IMG/VR virus record: IMGVR_UViG_3300030329_005426
Coordinates: 90,114 to 154,113 of that record
Length of the DNA stretch: 64,000 nucleotides
Direction: 5' to 3' (one strand)
Source: a virus
The notes under the pieces are model-generated. The model was not told where the DNA came from, made no database searches, and saw nothing but the letters and a program-made list of their open reading frames with translations. Below are positions 9,347 through 19,269 of the stretch, piece after piece. Position numbers and translations under genes: made by a program. Within the stretch, counting starts at the first letter, position 1, and every line of letters starts with the position of its first letter.

Positions 9347-9690
9347 TAGGATGCCTTCCTTTTGGCATCCCACTTGGCCCATGAGGCCTTAACGGCTGCC
9401 TCGAAGCCTTCTGGCGTAACCGGAAAACCTTCGCGCTTACACGCGGCTTTAGCATTCCGGCTCATGTAGCCTTTGGACTCAAGAATCTTCAGCGGAGGAA
9501 CATCAGCCGCATAAGCATCGAAATACTCTTCGACGGTGAAGTTCTTGATCAGGAAGGTCGTAAAAGGACCCATATCGCGACGATCTGTCTTGAACCGAGC
9601 GATGAAACCGCGCTTGGCGTTCGCCGGAAGCGGACCAGTATAGGTCAGATACATTCCGTCCTTGCGTAGGTTTTCTCTCGTAAATCTCAT
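9346..9690 (-). CDS. hypothetical early protein
   Basis: start MRFTREN after AGGAG; GC-rich codons; first gene after early promoter. Confidence 0.75.
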   Translation of the reverse strand: MRFTRENLRKDGMYLTYTGPLPANAKRGFIARFKTDRRDMGPFTTFLIKNFTVEEYFDAYAADVPPLKILESKGYMSRNAKAACKREGFPVTPEGFEAAVKASWAKWDAKRKAS

Positions 9691-9719
9691 TGCTTTCTCC
9701 TTCTCTCTCATTATAATTA

Positions 9720-9800
9720 ATTATAACACACATCGAAAAAAAGATCAACAGGTTTTTTCAAAAAAACACACTTTTCTTTTCATTGTATATCAACGAGTTA
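9720..9800 (-). promoter_or_regulatory. early promoter element copy 1 (IHF consensus + A-tract + sigma70 promoter)
   Basis: TTGATC-N17-TATAAT; TATCAACGAGTTA at 9788-9800. Confidence 0.8.
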
Positions 9801-10742
9801 ACGTGAATCAAACATTTTTGCCACGTACGTATTGATAAAATCGTGATATCGCACTAGGTCCGGGGCACTGGAAATTGCAACATCCATAATATTATGGGCG
9901 GTATCGAGGTTGGAGCAATCATAAACCACAGCTGAATAATCAGCGCGACCGTAAGCACAAACAGGTTTACTATGCAGTATCGCCTCCATCCCGACTCCTG
10001 AATTAACCATACAGACCATAGCACTGTTAGCAATAAGGTCGTTAATATTAACATTGTCTGCCCACAAATATCCTTTCCCAATCTCTCTCAGTTCTTTCAT
10101 TGAGCCCGGATTGACAGGGTGACCCTTAATTATCAACTCTAAGCCCCTACTTTCACAGAAGTCAATTGTACACTGGAGTGCTTGAGCAACACTCACATCA
10201 CTGTGAAAGCGAATCGTTTCATCATGAGGAATCTGACAAGGAAAGAATACATATCCCTTATGTTCAAAGGTGTTGGGTCCATTATACCCATCCATCTTCG
10301 GCTGAGGAAATTTACTCTCGCCCTTATTCAGTCTCTCTTGTAGTTCCATAAATCGTTCAACGTGACTGTCCTCTGGTTGGATAGGCCACACCGATGCATC
10401 AGGACCCCATCCTTTAGGATCGATTTGAAATAGCCACGGAAACACCATCTGCATATAATACTGTGGATTATATTTTTTATCTACAGGAAATTGATGTGAC
10501 TGTTTATGAGGAATATATACTTTATCAGGTTTCATCGTAACTACAAGCTCTGGTGTGAATTGCCAGTTAGGTAATTCCAAAACTTTAACAATGTTTCCTT
10601 TCTCCTCCTCGATCGAGGCAAGTTTATCAACAAACCTTTTCCAATGCATTCTGATTGGCTCTATAGATCCGCGTTCTTTAGGCACAGGACCTTTTTTAAA
10701 CATTATGTCTAGTCTAGGCTTAAATATTAGGACTTTTTCCAA
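9798..10742 (-). CDS. KpsC/KpsS-like capsular polysaccharide glycosyltransferase
   Basis: QIPHD (QxxxD), KGHP, NSGVGMEA motifs. Confidence 0.75.
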   Translation of the reverse strand: MEKVLIFKPRLDIMFKKGPVPKERGSIEPIRMHWKRFVDKLASIEEEKGNIVKVLELPNWQFTPELVVTMKPDKVYIPHKQSHQFPVDKKYNPQYYMQMVFPWLFQIDPKGWGPDASVWPIQPEDSHVERFMELQERLNKGESKFPQPKMDGYNGPNTFEHKGYVFFPCQIPHDETIRFHSDVSVAQALQCTIDFCESRGLELIIKGHPVNPGSMKELREIGKGYLWADNVNINDLIANSAMVCMVNSGVGMEAILHSKPVCAYGRADYSAVVYDCSNLDTAHNIMDVAISSAPDLVRYHDFINTYVAKMFDSR

Positions 10743-11467
10743 AATCGTTCCTCCGCGCCATCCCACATGTCTCTGTAAACTTGCTGGTGACGGACATATG
10801 TTTCGTTGTCATATTTACGTGGACCTTTTCCTGTCCATATCGAAGTGCCTTCGATAAATTCCCAATCCATATCTTTTTCAGTGAATTGATAGAATTTATA
10901 TTTGTCGCGCCATTTATTATATGTTTGCCAAAGTGCAACTTGGTCAATAAACCATATTAGTTTGTTCTGGCATAGCGCTGTTGATACCTCCATTGCAAAA
11001 TCTAGGCTTTGTTGTGTCATATAGACCATGCCAGCAGCACATTTAGTTCCCTCTTTTTCCCATCCAACGGTTCCTGGAAGTGGATCTCTTAAAAATAATC
11101 CAAGATCGGCGTCTGGAAATTCAATATGATTCATAATCAGACAATCCGCGTCTATAATCATTAATCGCCGGGCGCCTTGTTGTAAAAGATGAGGAGCTAT
11201 AATAAATCGATTGCAGCTGTAGTATTCTCTGTTTTCGGGCCCGCCATGCTCTTGACTAATGGTTAAATTGATGTCTAGATCATGCTTCAGTAAAACAAAA
11301 TCAGCAGCGGTCCGTTCATCCGGGTTCATTACATGTATATGTAAATCGTTATTGTTCTCATTAGCAGTATAAGCTAGCGGCTTAGCAAAATCATGGAAGT
11401 ATTTTTGATCACATGAACAGAATAAAACATCCCCATTAGGTTTATCACCAGATAATTCAATTTCCAT
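10727..11467 (-). CDS. GT-A fold glycosyltransferase
   Basis: IIDAD DxD motif, WFIDQVAL, IWTGKG. Confidence 0.7.
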   Translation of the reverse strand: MEIELSGDKPNGDVLFCSCDQKYFHDFAKPLAYTANENNNDLHIHVMNPDERTAADFVLLKHDLDINLTISQEHGGPENREYYSCNRFIIAPHLLQQGARRLMIIDADCLIMNHIEFPDADLGLFLRDPLPGTVGWEKEGTKCAAGMVYMTQQSLDFAMEVSTALCQNKLIWFIDQVALWQTYNKWRDKYKFYQFTEKDMDWEFIEGTSIWTGKGPRKYDNETYVRHQQVYRDMWDGAEERFWKKS

Positions 11468-12071
11468 TATTATTCCTTTCAGAAATCCATCTACATGATG
11501 GTACTCTCATAAGTTCGGTACCGGATATTTTTCTATAATACCTAGATGAGCTTACTCGATTTTTCGTTAAATATATTTTACCTCTACGATCATTGTCACT
11601 GACAATGGCAAATGGATATAACATAAGCTCCTGACCTTTATGGTAATCAAGCCATTGACGCATTAAAATTAGCATCGCTGAAAAATGCAGGATATGAAAA
11701 TTATCGAAGCACCATATACCATCATCCTTCATTTTATTATACATTATATTAATTACAGCTGCTATATCTTTGCCATTAGACATAGCATCATAATGAAATT
11801 TATCAACTGAATCGTCATCCAATCCTCTTAGATATTTTGAATTTGTACAATCTTCGCGAATATAATTCCATTGACAAGGGATACCCACCATCTTACTATG
11901 AATATCATCAGACATAGATTCAATATCAATTCCAGTAATATCATCACATAATGTAGCCAGCATGGCATAAGTTCCGCCGTCACCAACTCCACATTCAATA
12001 CCACAGCGGCCTGAATTTAACTTCATTATGTCAACGAACCATTTACTATGAAACGGTGATTGCATCATCAA
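11457..12071 (-). CDS. class I SAM-dependent methyltransferase
   Basis: IECGVGDGGT, GID, HYDA, GIWCFDN. Confidence 0.7.
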   Translation of the reverse strand: MMMQSPFHSKWFVDIMKLNSGRCGIECGVGDGGTYAMLATLCDDITGIDIESMSDDIHSKMVGIPCQWNYIREDCTNSKYLRGLDDDSVDKFHYDAMSNGKDIAAVINIMYNKMKDDGIWCFDNFHILHFSAMLILMRQWLDYHKGQELMLYPFAIVSDNDRRGKIYLTKNRVSSSRYYRKISGTELMRVPSCRWISERNNNGN

Positions 12072-12591
12072 TACCTTGCTTAAAAACTATATGATACCTG
12101 ATTTCATTTGAATTATTAACAACACAGTGATCATTATATACTTTTAATTTATAAATTTCACCTGGTTTGTATGGGATTATCCCACACGGATAAACACCAA
12201 ATTTACATCCATCAGGATAATTCAAAGCCATATTATATAACCAGTCAGGATCATCTGGTTTGTAATCATGTGAGTGAGGAGGTATAACACCACCTGGATC
12301 TAATTTCATTACCTCAGGCTTATAATATTGTGGATGGAGTTTGAACCATTCATTTATAATAGGTAGCTTTTTATCAGTTGGAAAACAAGACCATCTCTTT
12401 TCAAAAATCTTATCACCCCAGCCATATGGTACCCAATCGTCAAACGCCTGGCATTCTTGTAACCATTCGGATGCTAAATCCCGCCATGTATCATAAAGTA
12501 ACCAACACTCCAGATGAATATTTCTCGGCCGGAAATGTTCTGGTGGTAATGCTTCCCAGAATGATTTAGTTGTAAATTCAGATTTAGCCAT
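12046..12591 (-). CDS. Asp/Asn beta-hydroxylase-like 2OG-Fe(II) oxygenase
   Basis: L.PGG.IPPHSHD ... HCVVNNSNEIRYH. Confidence 0.8.
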   Translation of the reverse strand: MAKSEFTTKSFWEALPPEHFRPRNIHLECWLLYDTWRDLASEWLQECQAFDDWVPYGWGDKIFEKRWSCFPTDKKLPIINEWFKLHPQYYKPEVMKLDPGGVIPPHSHDYKPDDPDWLYNMALNYPDGCKFGVYPCGIIPYKPGEIYKLKVYNDHCVVNNSNEIRYHIVFKQGIDDAITVS

Positions 12592-13201
12592 CTGGCGCTA
12601 ATACCGTTAGGTGTAATTTATACGTAGCTTCGCATACCGCAAAAGAACATCCGCAGTGCAAATAATGAGATGGCCATTGTACCACATCTCCGACACCTAA
12701 ACCAATCTTTCGATCAATTGTAAGTCCAATTTCTCTTGACTTCTTTAAAAGATGTGAGAAGGTTCGTTTTTCATGTGGATACCCTTCCATTAAAGGCGTA
12801 GCGGTTAAACCTTGAATTGCATGTATACCGTCTTTTAATCCTGTCCATTCGTCGCGGTTAACGTACTGTTTAAAAAGAACAGTATACATTGGAGCTAAGG
12901 CATCAGTATCTAAAACTACATATTTTGTAGTAGATGGCATGCTGCGCGTAAAATGATTTTGTACATCAAATAAAACATCAGCGTGAACGCTAAGTGGTTT
13001 CGTTAACCGAGCAATCTGCCCGCCTATTGCGCCTCTTATACCAAATTTACCTCTTACCCAATCTTCAAGTTCAGGGTAGAAAGTTGTTGTTATCAACTCG
13101 CCAACCTTAACCTTTGTTCCAATATAATATGGCTTGCGGTGTGAAATACCTTTTCGCCATAAGAACTTTAGGTGTTTAATATCATCTTCCGATAATCGCA
13201 T
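12584..13201 (-). CDS. putative 2OG-Fe(II)/cupin oxygenase
   Basis: HAD...GDV..W...LHCG...K. Confidence 0.5.
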   Translation of the reverse strand: MRLSEDDIKHLKFLWRKGISHRKPYYIGTKVKVGELITTTFYPELEDWVRGKFGIRGAIGGQIARLTKPLSVHADVLFDVQNHFTRSMPSTTKYVVLDTDALAPMYTVLFKQYVNRDEWTGLKDGIHAIQGLTATPLMEGYPHEKRTFSHLLKKSREIGLTIDRKIGLGVGDVVQWPSHYLHCGCSFAVCEATYKLHLTVLAPDG

Positions 13202-13904
13202 AATTATCTATCACCTTTTCAGGAGGGGTAGGAATAAATCCTTCTGCAACGGCTTCATCCAACCAATCATAGTAAAGTTGTTTGATATCTTCGCGAGGAT
13301 GTTCCTTCTGCGGGCCGTTATACCATTCAGGGCGCCAAGGCTGCGTAGCCATATTAGTATAATGTAATTGTTTAATTTCCCCAATACCAAAGTCTTCGCC
13401 ATCAAGACAATTCCATCTAGGATCTATATCTTTTACTAGATCACCATTACCGCTAAATTTTTTAATCATGCGGTGATGAAATTCTGTATTGTGCTTTTGA
13501 CGTCTTATAGGAACTACATGATCTTCCATAGCAGCACAATCGATTAACATAACACAGAATTCATGGCCACCAAAACGCTGGCCACGGCGAGCTCCTATAG
13601 GCTTGCCATCTAAAGGTGTATCCCACAATTCTTTAATATCATGCAAATTAATCATATCGCAATCTGTATAAATTGCTTTGCCTTTAAAATCACAATATTC
13701 AGGTATAAACCACCTATAGCCACTAAATGGTGTTGACCAATGTATTGTAGCATCATTATACCAAAAATCATTTTCGTCTGGTGTTTGGCGCATCCATACA
13801 ATTTCTATATCATCTGTTGCATGTTTACGCAAGCTATATTCATAGACACATTCTATACCAGCATCTTCTCCGTTGCTTGAAGAACCGATGAATATTTTGA
13901 TCAT
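13182..13904 (-). CDS. GT8-like glycosyltransferase
   Basis: KIFIG, TPFS..RW, YTDCDM, WN.LD, LHYT...QPW. Confidence 0.8.
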   Translation of the reverse strand: MIKIFIGSSSNGEDAGIECVYEYSLRKHATDDIEIVWMRQTPDENDFWYNDATIHWSTPFSGYRWFIPEYCDFKGKAIYTDCDMINLHDIKELWDTPLDGKPIGARRGQRFGGHEFCVMLIDCAAMEDHVVPIRRQKHNTEFHHRMIKKFSGNGDLVKDIDPRWNCLDGEDFGIGEIKQLHYTNMATQPWRPEWYNGPQKEHPREDIKQLYYDWLDEAVAEGFIPTPPEKVIDNYAIIGR

Positions 13905-14098
13905 AGGTATTTCTCTCGTATAATTTCGAGTTTATCATGTGCTTCTGCAACTCTTGCAACTTGTGTATCCACTGCTGCCACAAGATCTGGATGTTCACCT
14001 ATTCCGGCTGGGTTAGCAATATACACTCCGATATTTGCTTCGCCTTCTGCAATCTCTGCTAAGTACTTTTGCTCTAATGCCTTTATAATTCCACTCAT
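13901..14098 (-). CDS. conserved hypothetical protein
   Basis: NPAGIGEHPD motif. Confidence 0.75.
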   Translation of the reverse strand: MSGIIKALEQKYLAEIAEGEANIGVYIANPAGIGEHPDLVAAVDTQVARVAEAHDKLEIIREKYL

Positions 14099-14114
14099 TT
14101 TATTTCTCCTAACA

Positions 14115-14798
14115 TTATATATCTCTTTCGTTAAAAAAGAACAGCCCCCTGTTTTGCATAAACGGTTTTCTCATGTTTGAGGCTTCGCGCATCCTCATAG
14201 TTGTTTCCTCATCATATTTCAACAACCGTTTACCGAACTCTTCTACCCAATATGATTCTTCCTGACAATTAACATGGTGATGTCCAGGCCAGCCCGGCGG
14301 AGCGTATGTTATAGCAACCATTCGACATTTCTCGAAAATACACATCCAGTTATCTAAATATTCTTCTTCGACATGCTCAACGAATTCCACGCTCCATCCA
14401 ATATCAAAATACCAATCTAAATTCAATGGACCTGTTACAAAATCGTGAATAATTACCGGAGCTTTTTCTTCTTTAGGTACTTGATAATCACCATCTACAC
14501 CAACAGCATTCAATCCTTTATCCATAGCAAACTGAACCATACCAGCTGTTGCGCAGCCAATATCGATAAATGATTCTACTTTTTTAATACCTATTTCAGG
14601 GCCTACAATATCTTTCAGGAACGTAAAAGCGCCTCGGTCCATATGGGTCTTTTCAAGATGCCCACCAAGATGCTCTCCAATTGGTTTGGTTGGATTTTCT
14701 ATGCGTTGTTCTTTGAGTTTACGGACCAGGAATTGATCCCATGATTCATGCGGATGATTTTCATCCTTGTAATCAAAAGTATCTGCGCCAGTCATCAT
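14115..14798 (-). CDS. SAM-dependent methyltransferase
   Basis: DIGCATAG, GVDG, EFVEHV, GHHHVNCQ. Confidence 0.8.
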   Translation of the reverse strand: MMTGADTFDYKDENHPHESWDQFLVRKLKEQRIENPTKPIGEHLGGHLEKTHMDRGAFTFLKDIVGPEIGIKKVESFIDIGCATAGMVQFAMDKGLNAVGVDGDYQVPKEEKAPVIIHDFVTGPLNLDWYFDIGWSVEFVEHVEEEYLDNWMCIFEKCRMVAITYAPPGWPGHHHVNCQEESYWVEEFGKRLLKYDEETTMRMREASNMRKPFMQNRGLFFFNERDI

Positions 14799-15243
14799 TT
14801 ATCACCCTCGCTTCCATTATATGTTCAGGTCGCCTTTTATACTTAATTAAAATATTATCATTATAATATTTATCGTCTTCTAATACATTTAATGCAAACT
14901 GCAGTTTGGTTTCTGTATAGTTCACATCACCACGTGTTTTATGTAATGAGATTATCTCTCGTCTAAAACACCTTTGCCCAAAGCAGTCAACGTCTTCTTT
15001 AAGCCTTTCCGAAGAACCGTAGTAATCTTTCCAATCACTCTCTTTCTTAATTCGGCGCGCGCCTTTTTTCGCGCCAGGCTTTTTTCGGATATTCCAAAAA
15101 TACTTCCTGCCGATGTATGACTTACCATCTGCATCATCCTTACGAATAACATAGACGAACCCGACATGATTTCCTATATCCTCCGAATTAAATGGTTGTC
15201 CATTAAACAACCATGGATTTTCGTATGTAATTATTCGACCCAT
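14773..15243 (-). CDS. GIY-YIG endonuclease (T4 EndoII-like)
   Basis: GFVY...YIGRK, SDWKDYYGSS, YYNDNI. Confidence 0.85.
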   Translation of the reverse strand: MGRIITYENPWLFNGQPFNSEDIGNHVGFVYVIRKDDADGKSYIGRKYFWNIRKKPGAKKGARRIKKESDWKDYYGSSERLKEDVDCFGQRCFRREIISLHKTRGDVNYTETKLQFALNVLEDDKYYNDNILIKYKRRPEHIMEARVINDDWRRYF

Positions 15244-15437
15244 TCTTCTTCATCATCAAAATCCGAATCATCCCAATCATCATCGTCGTTATCATACTCC
15301 TCAACCATAATTATCTCGCTACCACAAAACGCGCAGTAAAATGGATTCGTTTGATCTGTTTCTTCAGTATTCCATGATATCATATAGTCAGCACCACAGT
15401 CATCACAGACTATCTTTTCTTTTTCTACTTCGGGCAA
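15231..15437 (-). CDS. zinc-ribbon protein with acidic tail
   Basis: CDDC...CAFCG. Confidence 0.75.
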   Translation of the reverse strand: MPEVEKEKIVCDDCGADYMISWNTEETDQTNPFYCAFCGSEIIMVEEYDNDDDDWDDSDFDDEEEWVE

Positions 15438-15892
15438 ATTTCCGCTCCTAAATTATGGACGGGTATATTTGATGTTTCTAAAAAATTAATGCCATAATTA
15501 TTTTTATACAATTCTCCGTAAAACACTTCTGATATACCTGTCTGTAAAATTAACTTAGCACAATCTATACACGGTGCACATGATATGTATATCACAGATC
15601 CATCCCCCGATTCATTACTTTTAGCAAGTTTAGCAATAGCATTACTCTCAGCATGAAGGACTTCATCGCGTGTTTCTAAATGTTCTGTCTCTGGTAAAAA
15701 TGGCTCGCTTATTACTTTCTCGCAATTATTATCCCAGCCAGTTGGCATACCATTCCAACCCATGCTGATAATTCTACCATCCTTGACAATTACAGCACCT
15801 ACCTGTTTACGACGAGCATGGGACATTTGCCCTACCCGATTTGCTATATCCATATACAAGGAATGGTAGCGTGCTTCTTTTGTTAGCGCCAT
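15425..15892 (-). CDS. cd: dCMP deaminase
   Basis: HAESNA, APCIDC, GWNG. Confidence 0.92.
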   Translation of the reverse strand: MALTKEARYHSLYMDIANRVGQMSHARRKQVGAVIVKDGRIISMGWNGMPTGWDNNCEKVISEPFLPETEHLETRDEVLHAESNAIAKLAKSNESGDGSVIYISCAPCIDCAKLILQTGISEVFYGELYKNNYGINFLETSNIPVHNLGAEICPK

Positions 15893-16851
15893 ACTTCCGA
15901 CCAATTGCCTGACAAGGCACCTTTTGCATAATCTGTTGCTCTATTTTCAAAGAAATTAGTATGTGTCGGTGCGTTTATCATTTCTTCCACCCATGGCAAA
16001 GGATTTTCTTTTACTTTATAAATCCCCTTCATGCCCATACTTATCAATCTACGGTCGCAGATATATCTAATATATTCTTTAACCTCGTCTTGTGTTAAGC
16101 CGTCCACTGCCCCCATTTTAAAGGCGAGTTCAATAAACTTATCCTCTAGCTCAACCATCTTGGTTGCTATAGTATATATCTGGCCTTTAGTATCGTCATT
16201 CCAGATCTCGCGATGCTCTTCAACATAGGTTCTAAATAGCCTGATCAATCCTTCTGTATGCAATGTTTCATCAACGATTGACCATGTAATAATTTGTCCC
16301 ATGCCTTTCATTTTACCCATACGAGGAAAATTAAGCAACATAATAAAAGAACTGAATAACGCAAGGCCTTCCGTGAAGGCACTGATTGCAGCAATTTTAA
16401 CTGGTACATAAGCACCGTTCATAATTTTACTATGAAAATATTCATGCTTCTCACGCATAGCATCGTATTCTAAAAATTCATTGTATGTTGATTCAGGCAT
16501 ACCTAAAGTTTCAATAAGATGACTATACGCTGCAACATGTAAAGCTTCACGAGCTGCAAATCCCATCAACATCATACGAACTTCTGGCTGTGGGAAATAT
16601 GGCAAATAATTATTAACGTAACCTCCCGCAACATCCAAATCACTTTGCGTAAAGAAGCGAAAGATATTAGTTAAGAAAAATTTCTCTTCGCTTGAAAGAC
16701 GGTTCTTCCAATCCTTTACGTCCTCCAGCATTGGGACTTCAGTATGAATCCAATGCGATTGTTCGTGCTGCAGCCAAAAATCATAGGCCCATGGGTAATG
16801 AAAAGGTTTGAAATAATTTCGTTCATCGGTTACTTTAAGTATCTTGGTCAT
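15883..16851 (-). CDS. nrdB: ribonucleotide reductase class Ia beta subunit
   Basis: EALH..AY, EG..LFSSF, DETLH, NFFE. Confidence 0.95.
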   Translation of the reverse strand: MTKILKVTDERNYFKPFHYPWAYDFWLQHEQSHWIHTEVPMLEDVKDWKNRLSSEEKFFLTNIFRFFTQSDLDVAGGYVNNYLPYFPQPEVRMMLMGFAAREALHVAAYSHLIETLGMPESTYNEFLEYDAMREKHEYFHSKIMNGAYVPVKIAAISAFTEGLALFSSFIMLLNFPRMGKMKGMGQIITWSIVDETLHTEGLIRLFRTYVEEHREIWNDDTKGQIYTIATKMVELEDKFIELAFKMGAVDGLTQDEVKEYIRYICDRRLISMGMKGIYKVKENPLPWVEEMINAPTHTNFFENRATDYAKGALSGNWSEVWR

Positions 16852-18642
16852 TTATCCCTCGCAGGCTAGGCATTCTTCTTGATTGACGATTGCATTAAAA
16901 TCGATTTCCTTAATAATATCTCGCTCGATTTTTCGCGAGACTTTATCGGCCTTCCTTATTTTCTCAGATCGACAATAATACAATGTCTTCAGGCCCTGCT
17001 TCCATGCGGAAAAATGAACTGCATGGACATATTTAATGTCCGCATCGGGTCTAAAAAACAGGTTTACAGATTGAGATTGATCAATAGATTTTTGCCGGTC
17101 AGCTGCATGCTCTATAACCCAGCGTTGATCAATTTCCATACTAGTTTTATATATGGCTTTTTCATTTTCGTCTAAACATTTCAAGTGCTGAACACTACCG
17201 TCATTTGCAATGATAGTAGACCATATTTTGTCGTAATTTAATTTACTATCTTCTTCGCACTTTTCCTTGATAAGTTTATCCAGGAATTTGTTTTTATTAA
17301 GATTAGAACCAGAAATTGTATCCTGCCTATAAGCATTAGCACGCCATGGCTCAATCGATGGTGATGTATTACCCATAATGATAGATGAAGATGCATTAGG
17401 AGCTACTGCCATTAAATGGCTAAACCGCTGTCCTGTTCCTTCTGCATCAGGAGCCTCACCACGTTCTTTTCCAAGTGCTTTATTAGCTTCGTCTAAACCC
17501 TTTCTAATATGTTTAAACATTCGCATATTAGCAGATTTAGCTAGCGCTCCTTCAAATGCCATGCCTTTCTTTTGAAGATAAGCATGAAAGCCTAGAGCAC
17601 CGACGCCAATACTTCTTTCCTGTTGAGCGCTATTGATTGCTTTGTGAATCGCTTTAGGTGCAGTATCAATGAACACGTTTAATACATTATCCAACATTTC
17701 AGCTACGTCACGAAGAAATTGTTTATCTTTTGACCATGAATCATAATATTCAAGATTCAAAGAAGACAGGCAACATACCGCAGTTCTCTCCCTACTTGTC
17801 GGTAGAATAATTTCACTGCATAGATTGCTTTGATTAACTGTGAGCCCTTTATCTTTAAGGAATTGTGGAAGATGCTCGTTGCTTGTATCAATAAAATGCA
17901 GATATGGTTCGCCTGTATGCATTCTCATTTCAAGAATACGTTGCCATATTTCCTTTGCTGATACTGTTTCGCGGACGTCTCCGTTATGTGGATCAATTAA
18001 ATCCCAATCATCTGGCACACCAGGTTCTACCATACAAGACTCAATGATTTCCATAAACTTATTTGAAATATTGATTCCGTGATGCAGATTCAGACAACGA
18101 AAATTTTGATCACCGGTTGCTTTACGCATCTCAAGAAAAAGAAGAATGTCAGGATGGGAGACATCAAGATAAGCGGCATAAGATCCACGGCGTGTCTTTC
18201 CCTGCCTGTAAGCAAGTGAAGAAGCATCATACATTTTTAGATGAGGCATAACACCTGTTGATTTTTCATCAGCTGAACGCATACCAAATCCAATACCAAC
18301 TCCACCACCTAACATAGACAGCCAATTAGTTTCAGATAATGTATCAACAAGGCCTTCCGCACTATCTTCAATATAATTCAAATAACAAGAAATAGGTAAG
18401 CCCCTTTGCGTTTTACCATACGCTAAGATTGGTGTACTATACGACAACCAATGCCTACTACTATAATCATATAAGCGTTGTGCATGCTCAGGATTACTAC
18501 CAAATGTTTTAGATACAAATGCAAATCGTTCTTGTGGCGACTGTTCTGTATCCAACATATATGATTCCTTGAGTCGAGTAATTCCGATCTCATCGAATAA
18601 ATTATCCCTATTGGGATCAACTAAGATTCCCTGTACGTCCAT
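16852..18642 (-). CDS. nrdA: ribonucleotide reductase class Ia alpha subunit (no ATP cone)
   Basis: PISC, SNLCSEI, APNASSS, LKTLYY, C-terminal CLACEG. Confidence 0.95.
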   Translation of the reverse strand: MDVQGILVDPNRDNLFDEIGITRLKESYMLDTEQSPQERFAFVSKTFGSNPEHAQRLYDYSSRHWLSYSTPILAYGKTQRGLPISCYLNYIEDSAEGLVDTLSETNWLSMLGGGVGIGFGMRSADEKSTGVMPHLKMYDASSLAYRQGKTRRGSYAAYLDVSHPDILLFLEMRKATGDQNFRCLNLHHGINISNKFMEIIESCMVEPGVPDDWDLIDPHNGDVRETVSAKEIWQRILEMRMHTGEPYLHFIDTSNEHLPQFLKDKGLTVNQSNLCSEIILPTSRERTAVCCLSSLNLEYYDSWSKDKQFLRDVAEMLDNVLNVFIDTAPKAIHKAINSAQQERSIGVGALGFHAYLQKKGMAFEGALAKSANMRMFKHIRKGLDEANKALGKERGEAPDAEGTGQRFSHLMAVAPNASSSIIMGNTSPSIEPWRANAYRQDTISGSNLNKNKFLDKLIKEKCEEDSKLNYDKIWSTIIANDGSVQHLKCLDENEKAIYKTSMEIDQRWVIEHAADRQKSIDQSQSVNLFFRPDADIKYVHAVHFSAWKQGLKTLYYCRSEKIRKADKVSRKIERDIIKEIDFNAIVNQEECLACEG

Positions 18643-18651
18643 TTCCTATCC

Positions 18652-19269
18652 TTATTTTACTAAATGAATCCAGCTAACTGGAAATTGTTCCTGCGCCGCA
18701 TCGGAAATTTGTTGAGCGACAATTCGAGTTTCTACTTGAGCATCGTCTTTTAACCGAAGGTTGCAGACACGAGCAAAAGCATATAATGTTCCGCTCCAAT
18801 ACCATTCAGTCATCATTGATTGCGGTAATACCATACGAGCCATTTCAGGTGCGATACCTAAACGCAGCATATTAGTATAGGTTGTTTTAACAAATTCCAA
18901 TGTAGAGCCTAAGTGATATTCTATAGTCTCATCAGAGGAACCTTGTTTCTTATCGGCTGCTGCCAATCTCCATTCTGTGGGGTTATAGAACTCCGGCTCA
19001 TCATCGACATATCGTCTAGACACCTCATTCCATGTTAACCCTACCTGATGTTTTACTAATTGACGGGCAACAAAAACAGGAGCCTTGATATGGAATTGCA
19101 TAGAAGCATGCCCAAAAGGACTCCAGTGATTATGTTCAGCTAGATACTTAATAAGTCTTGTATCACCCTTATTATCAAATTCTTTATGTTCTTTTGCAAA
19201 GGAAACCCGCGCCGCATTAACAACAGTAAGATCGGAACCCATATGATCAATCAAGGACGCAGTAATCAT
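18652..19269 (-). CDS. thyX: flavin-dependent thymidylate synthase
   Basis: H.SPF, RQLVKHQ, NEVSRRY, EMARMVLP. Confidence 0.93.
   Translation of the reverse strand: MITASLIDHMGSDLTVVNAARVSFAKEHKEFDNKGDTRLIKYLAEHNHWSPFGHASMQFHIKAPVFVARQLVKHQVGLTWNEVSRRYVDDEPEFYNPTEWRLAAADKKQGSSDETIEYHLGSTLEFVKTTYTNMLRLGIAPEMARMVLPQSMMTEWYWSGTLYAFARVCNLRLKDDAQVETRIVAQQISDAAQEQFPVSWIHLVK

Noticed and set aside
14773-15243. GIY-YIG as intron-encoded homing endonuclease
   Set aside because: Free-standing, short, no DNA-binding tail; neighbouring genes are uninterrupted.
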